DNA of 64,000 nt from a bacterium (GCA_965218795.1 OZ244653.1:736001-800000); one strand, 5' to 3'; counted from the stretch's first letter, positions 18,835 through 29,860 are shown. The notes: generated by a model from the letters alone, not told the origin. Program-made: numbers and translations.

Positions 18835-20031
18835 ATGGGAGTCTTGCGGTTGAAGGCCGAAGAGTTGATTCAGCGCGCGAGGGATCTTGCCCCCAAGTTG
18901 CTCGAAAACGCGCGGGACACCGAAACCCAACGTCGTATTTCCGACGAGGCGATGAAGGATTTGCAGGCCGCGGGTCTGTTCGGGGTGGTCCAGCAGGAGC
19001 GGTATGGAGGCTTGGAACTGGGCCTCGACGCGTTCGTCCGGGTCGTGCAGGAAATCGCACGGGCCTGCGGGTCCACCGGCTGGGTCTACAGCGTGGTCGC
19101 TATGCACCAGTGGTTGGTGGGTCTGTTTCCGCCGCAGGCTCAGGAGGACGTCTGGGGGGAGGACATCCACGCCCTGGCTTCTTCCTCCTTCCCGCCCATG
19201 GGAACCGTGGCCCCCTCCGACGGCGGATTTCGGTTGACGGGCAAGTGGATCTTCGCCAGCGGGTGCGACAATACCTCGTGGTCGATTATCGGAGGTCGCG
19301 CCCCCTTGAACGGCCGGGAGGATCCTCTCAAGCAGTGCTTCTTCCTGGTTCCCCGGTCGGATTATGAGATTGATGACTACTGGCACGTGGTCGGGCTGGC
19401 GGGCACGGGCAGCAAGAACCTCGTTTTGGAGGATGTCTTCGTGCCCGCGCATCGAATGCTGGTGATCGAGGAGGCGGGGGCCGGGCGCGCCCCCGGCGCT
19501 CAGATCAATCAGGGGCCGCTCTTTCGGGTTCCGTTCTTTACCGGGATCACCACGAGCATCTGCTCCCCGGTCCTCGGGATGGCTCAGGGGGCCTTGGACC
19601 ACAGTCTCCGGATGATGGATACCCGGGCCACGAAAGGGGCGTTCACCCCCGGGGTGGGAAAGGTCGCCGAGTACCAGACCATCCAGCTTCGGGTGGCCGA
19701 GGCGGCGGCTTCCGTGGACGCGGCCTGCCTGCTCTTGATGCGGTTGGCCGAAGACACGATGGCCGCAGCGGAATCACCCGAGGGTCCGAGCCAGGAGCTC
19801 CGCGTCCGGAACCGGAGGGATCAGGCGTTCGCCGTACGGCTTCTCGTGCAGGGCGTGGACCGGCTCTTCGAGTCCACGGGCGCCAACGGTTTGTTCCTGG
19901 CGGACGACGTTCAGCGGTCTTGGCGTGACGTGCGGTCGGCGGCTCAGCACATCACCAACAATTGGGACGCGGCCGGAACCTTGTACGGCCGGTTCGTGTT
20001 GGGACTGGATACCGGCGGGACCCCCTATTGA
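18835..20031 (+). CDS. Acyl-CoA dehydrogenase-fold flavin-dependent monooxygenase (HsaA/C2-like)
   Basis: ACGSTGW, GKWIFASGC, DYWHVVGLAGTGS, QRSWRDVRSAAQH. Confidence 0.9.
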   Translation: MGVLRLKAEELIQRARDLAPKLLENARDTETQRRISDEAMKDLQAAGLFGVVQQERYGGLELGLDAFVRVVQEIARACGSTGWVYSVVAMHQWLVGLFPPQAQEDVWGEDIHALASSSFPPMGTVAPSDGGFRLTGKWIFASGCDNTSWSIIGGRAPLNGREDPLKQCFFLVPRSDYEIDDYWHVVGLAGTGSKNLVLEDVFVPAHRMLVIEEAGAGRAPGAQINQGPLFRVPFFTGITTSICSPVLGMAQGALDHSLRMMDTRATKGAFTPGVGKVAEYQTIQLRVAEAAASVDAACLLLMRLAEDTMAAAESPEGPSQELRVRNRRDQAFAVRLLVQGVDRLFESTGANGLFLADDVQRSWRDVRSAAQHITNNWDAAGTLYGRFVLGLDTGGTPY

Positions 20032-20091
20032 GCCGTCCGCCACACTTCCTTCCCGGCGTGGTCCCGACGGCAATCCCGTTTCGACGAGCCT

Positions 20092-21321
20092 CTAGGCACC
20101 GGCCACCCTGATTCTTTGTGCGAAATAAATGAGCGCATTGGCTGGGACAATGTAAACGATACACGCCGCGGCGATAAACTCCATCGTCACCCCCCGATCG
20201 ATCAGCCAGCCCATCATGACCGGAGCCAGCGCGGTCGAGATGACCATGAGCGTCGCCACGAGCGCCCGAATGGCGCCCAAATGCGTTACGCCGTACAACT
20301 CGGCCCACATGGCCGCAAACAGGGCGTAATTGCCGCCCGTTGTCAAACCGGAAGCCAACATGAAGAGGAGGGCGACGACCGGATGGTCATTGACCGAAAG
20401 GAGGAGCAGAGCCAATCCCAAGGGCGGCAGGACGCAGGGAAGCAGCCGCCAGGCGGTCCTGCGGTCGATCAGCGGCCCGGACAGAAGGGATGCGATGACG
20501 GTCGTCAGGGAATAGGCGATAAAGGTAGCAGCGAACCAAGTCATGTCCCAGCCCTTGCTTTCGACCAAATGAACCTGGTGAAAGAAAAACCCTGTCATGA
20601 TGTAACCGGGCGCCATGACGGCCGGAAGGATCAGATAGAACCGGGGATCCTGGAGAACCATGGACCGGGTCCATTGACGGTCGGACGATTCCAGACCGGG
20701 GTTGGGCTGAAGTGAATCCCGTGCCAGGTTCCGGTGCCGTTCCCCGTGGCCTTTCAACAGCCAAAGGACGACGGGGATGAGAATGAGGACGAGAGCGCCG
20801 GCGATGAGCCCCCAACCCTGCCGCCATCCGAACGCCCGGCTCAGCGTCACTCCGATCAGCGGAAAAGCCGCGGCCCCGAGCGGGTAGCCGAGGGCCGCGA
20901 TGCTCACGGCCTTTCCACGCTGAAGGCCGAAGTACCGGCCCATGCTCGTCATGCCGGTGTGCGACATCAGACCCTGGCCGGCGAGCCGCACGGCGAACAG
21001 GGCGAAGTAAAGGAGCGCGAGCGTGGGTACGAGGGCCATCAAGAAACAGGAGAAGATCAGAAAAAAGCAGGTCAGGAGCGTGAAAAGACGCAGCTCCATT
21101 TGGTCGATCAACCGGCCGAGCCAGAACATGGACATCCCGCTGACCAGCGTCGCGACGGCGTAAATGGACCCGAACTCCCCATGACTCAGCCCGAACTCGC
21201 TGCGAATGTCCGCATTGAATACCGCAATGAAGTAGGTCTGCCCGAATCCCGAAAACCAGGTCATGAGCAGGCCGAAGAAAAGGAAGCGTCGATGTTCCTT
21301 CAGAAAGGCAATGTATTCCAT
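20092..21321 (-). CDS. MFS transporter
   Basis: About 12 hydrophobic segments; GRLIDQ and GPLIDR loops; FGQTYFI. Confidence 0.9.
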   Translation of the reverse strand: MEYIAFLKEHRRFLFFGLLMTWFSGFGQTYFIAVFNADIRSEFGLSHGEFGSIYAVATLVSGMSMFWLGRLIDQMELRLFTLLTCFFLIFSCFLMALVPTLALLYFALFAVRLAGQGLMSHTGMTSMGRYFGLQRGKAVSIAALGYPLGAAAFPLIGVTLSRAFGWRQGWGLIAGALVLILIPVVLWLLKGHGERHRNLARDSLQPNPGLESSDRQWTRSMVLQDPRFYLILPAVMAPGYIMTGFFFHQVHLVESKGWDMTWFAATFIAYSLTTVIASLLSGPLIDRRTAWRLLPCVLPPLGLALLLLSVNDHPVVALLFMLASGLTTGGNYALFAAMWAELYGVTHLGAIRALVATLMVISTALAPVMMGWLIDRGVTMEFIAAACIVYIVPANALIYFAQRIRVAGA

Positions 21322-21374
21322 TGCGGCGTTCCGCCTCCTTTTGGGGAGCCGAAGAAAGGATGCTCGGCGGTCGC

Positions 21375-22271
21375 CTACTGTCTCGACATGGTGACCAGCG
21401 CCGCGCCGGCGCAAATCAGGATGGCGCCGATGATCAGGGGCGCGTTCAGCCGCTCGGACTTCCGGAAGAAGATCCACGAGAAAAAAACGGCGAACAGCGG
21501 CGCGGAATAGACCAGAGGCGCCACGGTGGACAGGGGTCCAATCTGCAAGGCGGCGAAGAAGGCCAAGTGCCCCGAACTGGAAATGACGCCACTGGCGATG
21601 AGGAACTTGGCGTCGTACGAACCGATTCGAATCCGGTCATTCTCGGGCAGAAAGAAGTTCCAGACCACCGCGACCAACAACGCCCCCAGGGCGGCAATCG
21701 AGAGGCCCACGCTCAGGCTGGGTACCATCATGACGCCGATTTTCCGAAGAACGGCCGTCAGGGCGAACATGAAAACCGCAAGTCCCGCAAAAATGAATGA
21801 GTGCCATACCGATCTCCCGGAGGCTTGTCCCATTCCGCCCTTTTGGCGTTCCTGCGCCAGCAATATGACGCCCAGGACGATGAACAACGTTCCGATGAAC
21901 ACGAGGTAGGTCGGGCTCTCGCCGAAAAACACGATAGCGAAGATCACGGTCAGCAGGGGGGCGCATGAAATGATCGTGACCGACCGGGAAAGGCCGATTC
22001 TCCGAAAGCTCATATAGAGCAGGGTGCCCGCCAGACCGGGCGAGGCAATTCCGGCCGCGAGGAAGATCAGGAAGGCATACCATCCGATCTCCGACACCGG
22101 AAAGGTAGCGAGCGCGACCGGGCCGTAAATCAGCAGCGTCACGACGGACAAGGCGAGGATGCCCGTGATCGGCGTCGACGTGCGAAGGGCGAAATGGACC
22201 GCCGTGTCGCCGGCGGCGAAGGCAAACCCCGTCAGGAGAGCCAGCAGATTAGCCAGGATGAGCGGATTCAT
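21375..22271 (-). CDS. DMT/EamA family transporter
   Basis: About 10 TM segments in two EamA repeats. Confidence 0.88.
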   Translation of the reverse strand: MNPLILANLLALLTGFAFAAGDTAVHFALRTSTPITGILALSVVTLLIYGPVALATFPVSEIGWYAFLIFLAAGIASPGLAGTLLYMSFRRIGLSRSVTIISCAPLLTVIFAIVFFGESPTYLVFIGTLFIVLGVILLAQERQKGGMGQASGRSVWHSFIFAGLAVFMFALTAVLRKIGVMMVPSLSVGLSIAALGALLVAVVWNFFLPENDRIRIGSYDAKFLIASGVISSSGHLAFFAALQIGPLSTVAPLVYSAPLFAVFFSWIFFRKSERLNAPLIIGAILICAGAALVTMSRQ

Positions 22272-23003
22272 GTCCCTCTCGATTTCCCCCGGAAAACTGA
22301 ATCAGCCGTACCCAAGCCGGTTCTCACATTGGTCTCTCTGAAAGACGAGGCCGGAATGGTCTCGCGGCAACGACATCCCTTTTGTCCCGTCAAGTTCATC
22401 CCCGTCATGACCGATGAGAGAAATGAGTGACCGAGGATGAGATCAGCTCTCGATGCTCCCCAGGGGTGAGGCAGGTTGCCCGAAATCCGTGCCCTCTGAA
22501 CGAAGAAGATCCCGGAAGGGGAGAAAGATCGCAATTCTACTCCTGAAAAGACGAATTCGTCAGCCTTCGTTCCACTCGGATGGGAGGAGATATGAATTCC
22601 AAAGGAATCATTCAGACGATTTTTGTGACGGTGGTCCCGCTGGTGAGCGGATTGAGCGCTGCCGTCGCACAAGAACGGCTGATTTCGGGAATTCATGGGA
22701 ACGGGAAAAAGCGGTCCCCGCGGGGATCAGAGCATCCGGAACCGAAGCGCCCGGAAAGATGTCCAGGGGACGGAAAAAGGAGGAATTGGATACCGGCCAA
22801 TGGGCGGAGGTCATCCAGGCGGCGGAACGTCTACTTGGGATCTCCTCGCGCAGGGTCCTCGCCTCAAAGCCTTCGCAGGATCGAAGAACGGGCCCAAAGG
22901 TTGGTGTCGGCTGAGGCTTTTCACAGTCCACTTTTTCCCAGCACAGCTGCTGTCCAAAGAACTCCCACGCCATAACCATCCCGTCCTGCGGGCCCGCAAT
23001 TCA

Positions 23004-24392
23004 TCATTCATCCGTTAGAAGGAACGATACCCCATCCGATAGCCGCGTCATTCGGCCGAGGAACAGGCTCCCCTTCGCCAGGAAGAAGGCGCGGCCGAGA
23101 CCATCATCCCTGAAACCGCGCAGTGCGTGAGGCAGCGCCGGAACCGCAGAGGCGATGTGGCCCTGGGAAGGCGCAAAGCCGGGGAGTCCATGCTTCTCCG
23201 CAAAGCGGGGAATCTCCGTCCGGTCGATTTCACCACGAAGGGCCGCCAGGGCCGCGATGTATTGATAATTCGTCCGAGGTACGTCTCCCGCTCCCGCCGG
23301 GACGGTGATCTCGGGGTTATGCAACTCTGTCGCAAACAGAGGGACTTCGGACAGCTTCAACCCAAGTCGGTCGAGTGGCTCCGCCACCAGGGATTCCAGA
23401 ATGGCCTGCTGGGTATGGCCGGCTCCGATCCGGTGAAGGCCCACATGGTCCAGCCGGATTTGCGGTCCCTCGCCATCGGCTGTCACCATGACGGAAAAGC
23501 CCGCCAGAACGTCCTCGAGGACCGGCATGTCTTTCTCGAGATGCGCGGCGGCCTTCATCCCCAGCTTGGGAAGCGAGCCGCCCCCGACGACCGCTACCCT
23601 GTCGAAAACTCCAGCGGCCACGAGACTCCCTGCCAGGACCATCGCGTTCAGCGGTCCGGCGCAGAAGTTCTTGACGTCCGTTCCGCTGGCGTATTGTAGT
23701 CCGGCCATTTCTCCAACGGCCTTGGCGAGGTTGCCGCCGCCCCGTTGGTACCGGTCACCGACCGCTTCTTCGGAGCAGCCGATCAGGAAATCCGGCGGGG
23801 GCGCATCGGAAAGGCCCGTTTGCCCGAGCAGTTGTTTCAGGGCCAGATAGGCCGTGGTCTTTGCCGCCAGGTTTTCCAGCAAGACGGACGCCGCGAGCGA
23901 TTCATCTTCTTCGTGATCTCCGCGAAAACTCCCCACGGCCTCGTCATTGTGGAACAGGGGAAGGGCGGCCGCCCGGTTCCCCCCGGATGCGGCACAGACG
24001 GGCGGGTCGCCGAGCTCTTCCACTTCCTGGGCGCGCGCAAATTCTCCGGAGAGTTGGACGAGACCGTACGCATCGGCCCGCTTCAGGAGAACGAGAAACT
24101 CCTCCTCCGAGGTGATCCTTCCGAACGGACCGGACGGTGCGGCATCGGGAGATGGGTTCTCATACCAGGGAAAGGGCGTTTCCCGGAGAGCCTGTGGGGC
24201 GAGATTTCCGATGAACACTTGATGGGGCGGGTAGGCGACGGCTTCATCGAAGCTCCTCAGCCGGGATTCAAGGGATGCAAGGAAGGCTCCATCCTGCCGG
24301 ATGACCCGACTCGGTTTCGACCCGTACCGGACGAATGAGGGAACGTGGGCGAGGACACATGCGGAGGCGGTGACGGCGGCCTTGCGGGTCAT
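23004..24392 (-). CDS. grdC: Glycine/sarcosine/betaine reductase component C, beta subunit
   Basis: YPPHQVFIGN, CSEEAVGDRYQRGGGNLAKAVGE, ELHNPEIT, GHIAS, KGSLFLGRMT. Confidence 0.9.
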   Translation of the reverse strand: MTRKAAVTASACVLAHVPSFVRYGSKPSRVIRQDGAFLASLESRLRSFDEAVAYPPHQVFIGNLAPQALRETPFPWYENPSPDAAPSGPFGRITSEEEFLVLLKRADAYGLVQLSGEFARAQEVEELGDPPVCAASGGNRAAALPLFHNDEAVGSFRGDHEEDESLAASVLLENLAAKTTAYLALKQLLGQTGLSDAPPPDFLIGCSEEAVGDRYQRGGGNLAKAVGEMAGLQYASGTDVKNFCAGPLNAMVLAGSLVAAGVFDRVAVVGGGSLPKLGMKAAAHLEKDMPVLEDVLAGFSVMVTADGEGPQIRLDHVGLHRIGAGHTQQAILESLVAEPLDRLGLKLSEVPLFATELHNPEITVPAGAGDVPRTNYQYIAALAALRGEIDRTEIPRFAEKHGLPGFAPSQGHIASAVPALPHALRGFRDDGLGRAFFLAKGSLFLGRMTRLSDGVSFLLTDE

Positions 24393-24401
24393 GGAAAGGT
24401 C

Positions 24402-24866
24402 TTATTCCGGTGGAGAAATCGTGCGGAATTGATCCAGGGCCTCTCCGATTGCGGGCAAATCGGCCACCATCGACACCAGGCCGAGTTTCTCTTCGTACAG
24501 GTCCGCGGGGATTTGAGCGCGGAGGCCCGGCTCCAGAATGTGGAACACGGGCAGTCCCAACGAGACGCCCGCCAGTGGACCGGCATAGCTGGGGTCGCCT
24601 GAGACCACCGTTTCGGCCGCGAGAGCCAGAAAATCCACGTCCGTCGCGCCGAGCAGCACGATGAGGTCTTCGCGTCCGTGCTCATCGACTACGGTCTGAA
24701 TATCAGCCTGTCGCTCCATGTCCATGGCGCCGGCCGACGTTCAGACGAAGCACTCCGTCAATTGAAGGACGATGTCGGCTCCGGCGGCTTTCGCGCATTC
24801 GGCGATGGTTTCGCCATGGATGCCGTCCCGTTCCCCCAGTGCGATGACCTTTTTCCCATTGATCAT
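24402..24866 (-). CDS. grdA: Glycine reductase selenoprotein A
   Basis: MINGKKVIALGERDGI...TECFV-U-TSAGAMD (TGA at 24743-24741), ETVVSGDPSYAGPLAG; hairpin CCAT-GGAC-ATGG 13 nt after the TGA. Confidence 0.95.
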
Positions 24867-24971
24867 TCCATCTCCTCCCGATGAGTGAAACAAGCCACAT
24901 CCTAGGAGCGACGTTTTCCGCCGTCAAGGTGAATGGATCCCGGGGGGAAGCCGGATCCAGGGTCGCGGGGT

Positions 24972-26276
24972 TCAAAACTCGGATTGTTCTTCGATTGGCG
25001 TGGCGAGGGCCTCCAGGGCCCGCTCGACGAGTTCTCGGCGGAGGCCCGCTTCCTGATCCGGCTTCAATTGAGGATCTCCGACCACGTGGGGAACCCCCGC
25101 TCCCGGGACGATCCGGTTCGCGCCGACGTTCCGGGCAACGGAGATCAGCGTCGTGATCACAACCGCCGGAATTCCCGCCCGGTCCATTTCTTTGGCGACC
25201 GCTGACCCGCAGCGGGTGCAGGTCCCTCATGCGGAGGTGATGAGGGCGGCATCGACCTCGCGGTTCCGCAAGTCCAGGGCAATCTCCCGCCCCATTTCGG
25301 CAGCGGATTCATAATAGGTGCTGCACCCGGAGAAGGTATAAAACTCCTCGAGAATCCCGGCTATCCGGCCTTCTCGCTCCAGTGCCCGGAGGATGTCCAG
25401 GGGGACCAGCCGGTTCGGGTCCTGATTCACTTCCTGCGTCGAGTAACCGCCGTGGTGGGCTTCGTAAGCCTTCGCGTCCAATCTCTCGATTCCACCCAGG
25501 GAATACCGGGCGTAGGTCGACGCTTTGGTCGACGGGAGTCCGTCGGGATTGCCTTTGGGGACGAGGCCGCCGGTCGTCATGACGGCAATCCGGGCCTTTG
25601 CGAGATCTTTGACGGGGGGCGCCGGAGGGACGCGATCGAACTTCGGAAGCACGAGCTCCGTGTCGTACGGACGGCCTTGGATCTTTGCCAACAGCACGTC
25701 CAGGGCCCGCTGGGCGCCAACCCGCTCGGTCCGGACGTTTTTTCGGAGCCCTCGGGGGAAAAATTCCGCTGGTTCGCCGCGCCTGGGAAACCCGCCGCGA
25801 ACCAGCTTGAGCCCAACACGGGAGATGCCCCCAAGCGCGACGTTCATTCCCCGGGCGCTTTCGGACGTAGGGACGATATAAACGTCCTTCCGATAGGCGA
25901 GACCCGGGTTCTCCTCCGCCATTCCCGAGACCGCGGGGATGCCCAGGGTTCGGCCGACTTCCCGGCCGATGTGGCCGCAGGCTTCACCGTAGCGTCCGGC
26001 GTTGAATGCCGGTCCGGCTATGAAAAGGTCCGGCCGGCCGGGCTGAATGAGTTTCATCAGCTCTTGAGCCGCAGCATCGGGGTCGCCGGCGTACCGGTCG
26101 TCTCCACAGGCCACAGTCAGGACGATGTCCGCCTCCTCCCCCAGCGCGTCTTGCAGGAGACGGCCCGGTCCGGCGGGGCCGGGGATGGATACGGGTTCGA
26201 GGGAGGCATGATCCTCGCCTCCGAATCCCGCAAAAAACTGGTTCAGGTAATGGACGACGCGGTATCGTCTGGACAA
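24972..26276 (-). CDS. grdB: Glycine/sarcosine/betaine reductase selenoprotein B
   Basis: VVHYLNQFFAG, GPAFNAGRYG, HGGY, ITSA-U-GTCTRCG (TGA at 25229-25227); hairpin CCGCTG-CGGGT-CAGCGG 11 nt after the TGA. Confidence 0.95.
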
Positions 26277-26299
26277 GCCGGGCTCTCCCTTGAGCGCGT

Positions 26300-27571
26300 T
26301 TACACTTCTGCGGCCGTCAGCGTATTGGCCCCAAGCATTCCGATCGTTCCCGGAATCTTGTTGTAGGGGACCCGGACGGCACCGGCCGGGTCCTGATCAT
26401 AATCCTTGAGAGAGCTTCCGCCGATGACCCGCTTCATCGCTGGCAGCTCCATGGGCTCGGCGCAGTTTCCCGCCGAGACGATGGCGTCGGCCCGCGGGGA
26501 GGCGTCCACCAGAGCCCCCGCCGAGGAGCCTTCGTCGCCGGCGAACTCCATCGTGAGCAGCGCGGTCTTGATGCCGCGGTCTTCGCAATGCTCGCAGATC
26601 TGCATGAGGTCCGTGTCGGCCTGGCCGCCCGAATCCTTGGTGATGATAACGCCGTGCGCGCCCAGCACATCGCCCGCGATGCGGGCCATCATCCCCGCAT
26701 GGAGAATTTTTTCAGCGTATTGCTTGGGGTGATTGGCCACAATGGTCCCGGCGAACTCGATGGAATGACCATGAGCCGCGTACAGCGTCCGGAGCACGCC
26801 GTGGTTCAGGTGGTCATAGGTGGTGTTCTTGGTGGGCCGGCAGAATCCCGACCAGACGACCGCGCCGTCGAACACTTCGTTGGGGTGAATCATCGTGGGA
26901 ACCAGCTCCCTTGTGTTTTTTCCGTAGAGCAGCATGTCCCGTGCATCGCCCTGCGAATAAATGGGGTAAATATACGCAATTCTGGGAAGAGGCTCCCGGC
27001 GGCCATTGAAGGAGGATAGCCGGGAAACCGCGAGCGTCTCCGAATCTTCGGGGGAATTCTCCCAGGCGGCCCCACCCAGGAAGACAGCAGCGCGCACGCC
27101 GGCCCGGACAGCGGCTTGTGCGAAATCACCCCGGCTGAGATCTTCAGCGGGTTGCAGAGTGAGCACGACGTTCTCGAGGTTGGAGAAGATGGATAGGCCA
27201 GCGCACGGCCCTTTCATGTCCAGGAGGGCATCTTCCGCTCCGTTCATTTGGCCGCACGTGATGACGCTCATCCCCTTCAGGACGTTTGTCGCGCCGCTGC
27301 CGCAAAGCCCGGGCGGCCCGAGGATGCCCGGAAAGGTCTCGGCGTCCCCGCCGGCCTTGATGCGGGGCTCCAGGATGTCGAGGATGTTGATGATGCGGCA
27401 GGAATCGCCCGGGTGAACGAGGTCTATCCGGACGGATCGAAAGCTGGGTTCCTCCCGGAGGATGAGATTGCACAGCTTATCGGTGTCGATGAGAAGCCTT
27501 CGGCCGTCCAGCCGGGTCTCATCGCCTCCCTCGATGGAATCGATCTGGAAATGGTTCAGCGTGAGCTCCAC
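26300..27571 (-). CDS. grdE: Reductase component B proprotein subunit (GrdE/G/I family)
   Basis: DILEPRIK, PTMIHPNEVFDGA, KNTTYDHLN, DTDLM, ADAIVSAGN; directly upstream of grdB. Confidence 0.85.
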   Translation of the reverse strand: MELTLNHFQIDSIEGGDETRLDGRRLLIDTDKLCNLILREEPSFRSVRIDLVHPGDSCRIINILDILEPRIKAGGDAETFPGILGPPGLCGSGATNVLKGMSVITCGQMNGAEDALLDMKGPCAGLSIFSNLENVVLTLQPAEDLSRGDFAQAAVRAGVRAAVFLGGAAWENSPEDSETLAVSRLSSFNGRREPLPRIAYIYPIYSQGDARDMLLYGKNTRELVPTMIHPNEVFDGAVVWSGFCRPTKNTTYDHLNHGVLRTLYAAHGHSIEFAGTIVANHPKQYAEKILHAGMMARIAGDVLGAHGVIITKDSGGQADTDLMQICEHCEDRGIKTALLTMEFAGDEGSSAGALVDASPRADAIVSAGNCAEPMELPAMKRVIGGSSLKDYDQDPAGAVRVPYNKIPGTIGMLGANTLTAAEV

Positions 27572-27697
27572 AACGGCTTCCCTCTTGCGGGGGGAGACTC
27601 TGGCGGGGGAGGATGGTGTCCAGCTTCCTCCCTCGGGAGTCAGCGTATTGAACTTGGGTTGGCGCAGTCAAGGGCGGAAGATAGATGAGGTGAATCG

Positions 27698-28702
27698 ATG
27701 CGATTCGGCGTAGGACTTTGGGCGGACCGACCCATTGAGGAGATTGTGGACCTGTGCCGGCGCGCCGAGGCGCTCGGCTTTGATGACGTCTGGGTCAACG
27801 ACCACTTTTTCGTCAAGGACGTTTATGTCGTCCAGTCCCTCGCGGCCGAAAAAACCGAGACCATCCGGTTCGGGACGTCGGTGACGAGCCTGTTCCTTCG
27901 TCATCCCGCCCAACTGGCCTCTTCCGTGCGAACGCTCCACGAGGTCTCCGGCGGACGGGCCATTCTGGGGCTGAGCAGCGGCGGATTCGAATATCCGGAA
28001 AATCTGGGTACGCCCATACCCAAGCCCATGACCTCCTGCCGGGAAGCCATCGAGATCGTCCGGGGGCTCTGGACATATCAACCCACATCGGCCGGGGGAG
28101 GGGTCTTCCGGGTGGAAAACGCACGACTGGAATTCGGCGACCCCGTCTCCATTCCCATTTACCGGGGCGCACGGGGCCCGCGCATGCATCGGCTGGCCGG
28201 AGAGATGTGCGACGGAATTCTCATGCACGGACCGACTGTGGATCACTGCCGCTACGTCCATGAGCGGGCGGCGGAAGGGGCCGCGCGCTCCGGCCGGGAC
28301 GTCGAAGAAGTAGAAATCGGCGTGGTGACGGAAGTCGTCATCACGGAGGATCGGGAGGCCGCCGTCAACGATCTGAGGCCCCGTTGCCTGATCATGGCCG
28401 GGGGAGAGTATTCCTTGGAGGTCATGGACCATTACGGACTTCGGCGGGAAGATGTGGAGCCCCTTCGCGAGGCCGTCCGCCGGGGAGACAAGGAGACGGC
28501 CGTTTCCCTGGTGACGCCGGAAATGGTCAACGCATTCGTCATCGTGGGGGATGGGACGGATTGTCTGGAAAGGCTTCGCGCCCTGGAGTCTGCCGGCCTG
28601 TCCCTCATGGTGTCCTCATCGGGACTTCGGCGGTCCACCGATTATATCGTGCGTTCCATGGAAAACGTCGCCGAGCATCTGATGAGGCCGTATCGGGAGT
28701 GA
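27698..28702 (+). CDS. LLM-class oxidoreductase (Mer-like)
   Basis: AEALGFDDVWVNDH, FLRHP, SGGRAILGL, GARGPRM. Confidence 0.88.
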   Translation: MRFGVGLWADRPIEEIVDLCRRAEALGFDDVWVNDHFFVKDVYVVQSLAAEKTETIRFGTSVTSLFLRHPAQLASSVRTLHEVSGGRAILGLSSGGFEYPENLGTPIPKPMTSCREAIEIVRGLWTYQPTSAGGGVFRVENARLEFGDPVSIPIYRGARGPRMHRLAGEMCDGILMHGPTVDHCRYVHERAAEGAARSGRDVEEVEIGVVTEVVITEDREAAVNDLRPRCLIMAGGEYSLEVMDHYGLRREDVEPLREAVRRGDKETAVSLVTPEMVNAFVIVGDGTDCLERLRALESAGLSLMVSSSGLRRSTDYIVRSMENVAEHLMRPYRE

Positions 28703-28756
28703 TCCTCCCGGTAACGGCCCGCCGGAATCAGGGAATCAGCCGGATTTGAAAGCGCA

Positions 28757-29860
28757 TCACGCCACCGCCGCCAGCAGTTCCCTCCGGTTCTTCGCGTGAA
28801 TTCCCAGGCTCCGCAGGGTTCTTCCCCCGGCCCGGTAATCGACCCCGTTCATGGCCGAGGCCATAGCTATCAGGCCGTCGATCAATGGAACGTCAACGCC
28901 TGCGGCCCGTGCGATGGAGGAGATGCAGACGAGGGAATAGGGGACATCTTCGGTGATGTAGCGGGTCTGGAGCGCGTCCGGTCCGCACTGATACCGGCTG
29001 GCGGCCAGGGCGCTCGCCTGGATGGCCTCATGCGTCGTTCGGCGCTTCCTGTCGAGCATGCCCTGCTCGTAGAGCCAATGACGGTAGGGCGTACGGTCCT
29101 TGAAGCGGAGCGCGGCGCGGATGGCCAGGATTTCAGTGTCGACCGCCTCGATGCAACGGGCCACCGAAGGCGTCGCGCCCTCGCCCCAGAGGAGCATGTC
29201 CGTCGTTCGGCTTTCCAGACGACCGGCGTTGGAGAGGACTGTTGCGACATGATCGATGGCGTTGAAATTGATGAGGATGGTCTCCAGAACGTTCGTCGCG
29301 GTCCGAATGTTGGGATAGAGGGGCTGGATGGCGTCGAACAGCTCCTCGTTTCTCGACGCGGGGAGCGCGGCCAGGACCACGCCGCCCTTTTTCTTGACAC
29401 GCACCTGGACCGTTCCGGGTCCGGTTGCGCGGGCCGAATAGGGCAAGGTGTTCGTCTCTCCAATGAGCACACCCCTGGCCTGTTTCAGTACGCGCCGCGC
29501 GTGATGGAAAACCAGCGCGCCTCCTCCTTCGCCCATGAAGACCACGATTTGTTCCCGGTGGACGCGGGGAACAAATGCCCGGGCAAAGACCTCATGGCCG
29601 AAACAGGGGACGGCGATGATGACGATCTCCGCGTCCTTGACGGCCCGCCGCGGGTCACTCGTCGCGCCCGCCAGGCGAACAAACCTCGCCTCCGCGTCGC
29701 CCTCAATCAGGGTGATGCCGCCTTTTTCCCGGATGGGCTTCAGGTTCGCCTTGAAGCGGGGTGTCTCATAGATTGTCACCCGGTGGCTCATCCGGGAGAG
29801 GTCGGCGGCGATCGACATCCCCCCCGCGCCGGCTCCCAGGACGCTGATGTTGCGGCTCAT
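28757..29860 (-). CDS. NAD-dependent opine (octopine/nopaline) dehydrogenase family
   Basis: VLGAGAGG Rossmann motif, ETNTLPY, RYITEDVPY; start MSRNI at 29860. Confidence 0.88.
   Translation of the reverse strand: MSRNISVLGAGAGGMSIAADLSRMSHRVTIYETPRFKANLKPIREKGGITLIEGDAEARFVRLAGATSDPRRAVKDAEIVIIAVPCFGHEVFARAFVPRVHREQIVVFMGEGGGALVFHHARRVLKQARGVLIGETNTLPYSARATGPGTVQVRVKKKGGVVLAALPASRNEELFDAIQPLYPNIRTATNVLETILINFNAIDHVATVLSNAGRLESRTTDMLLWGEGATPSVARCIEAVDTEILAIRAALRFKDRTPYRHWLYEQGMLDRKRRTTHEAIQASALAASRYQCGPDALQTRYITEDVPYSLVCISSIARAAGVDVPLIDGLIAMASAMNGVDYRAGGRTLRSLGIHAKNRRELLAAVA

Noticed and set aside
22272-23003. Possible missing grdD or radical-SAM remnant (EELDTGQWAEVIQAA) in the gap after grdC
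   Set aside because: No GrdD motifs, and the remnant is too short to support a call.
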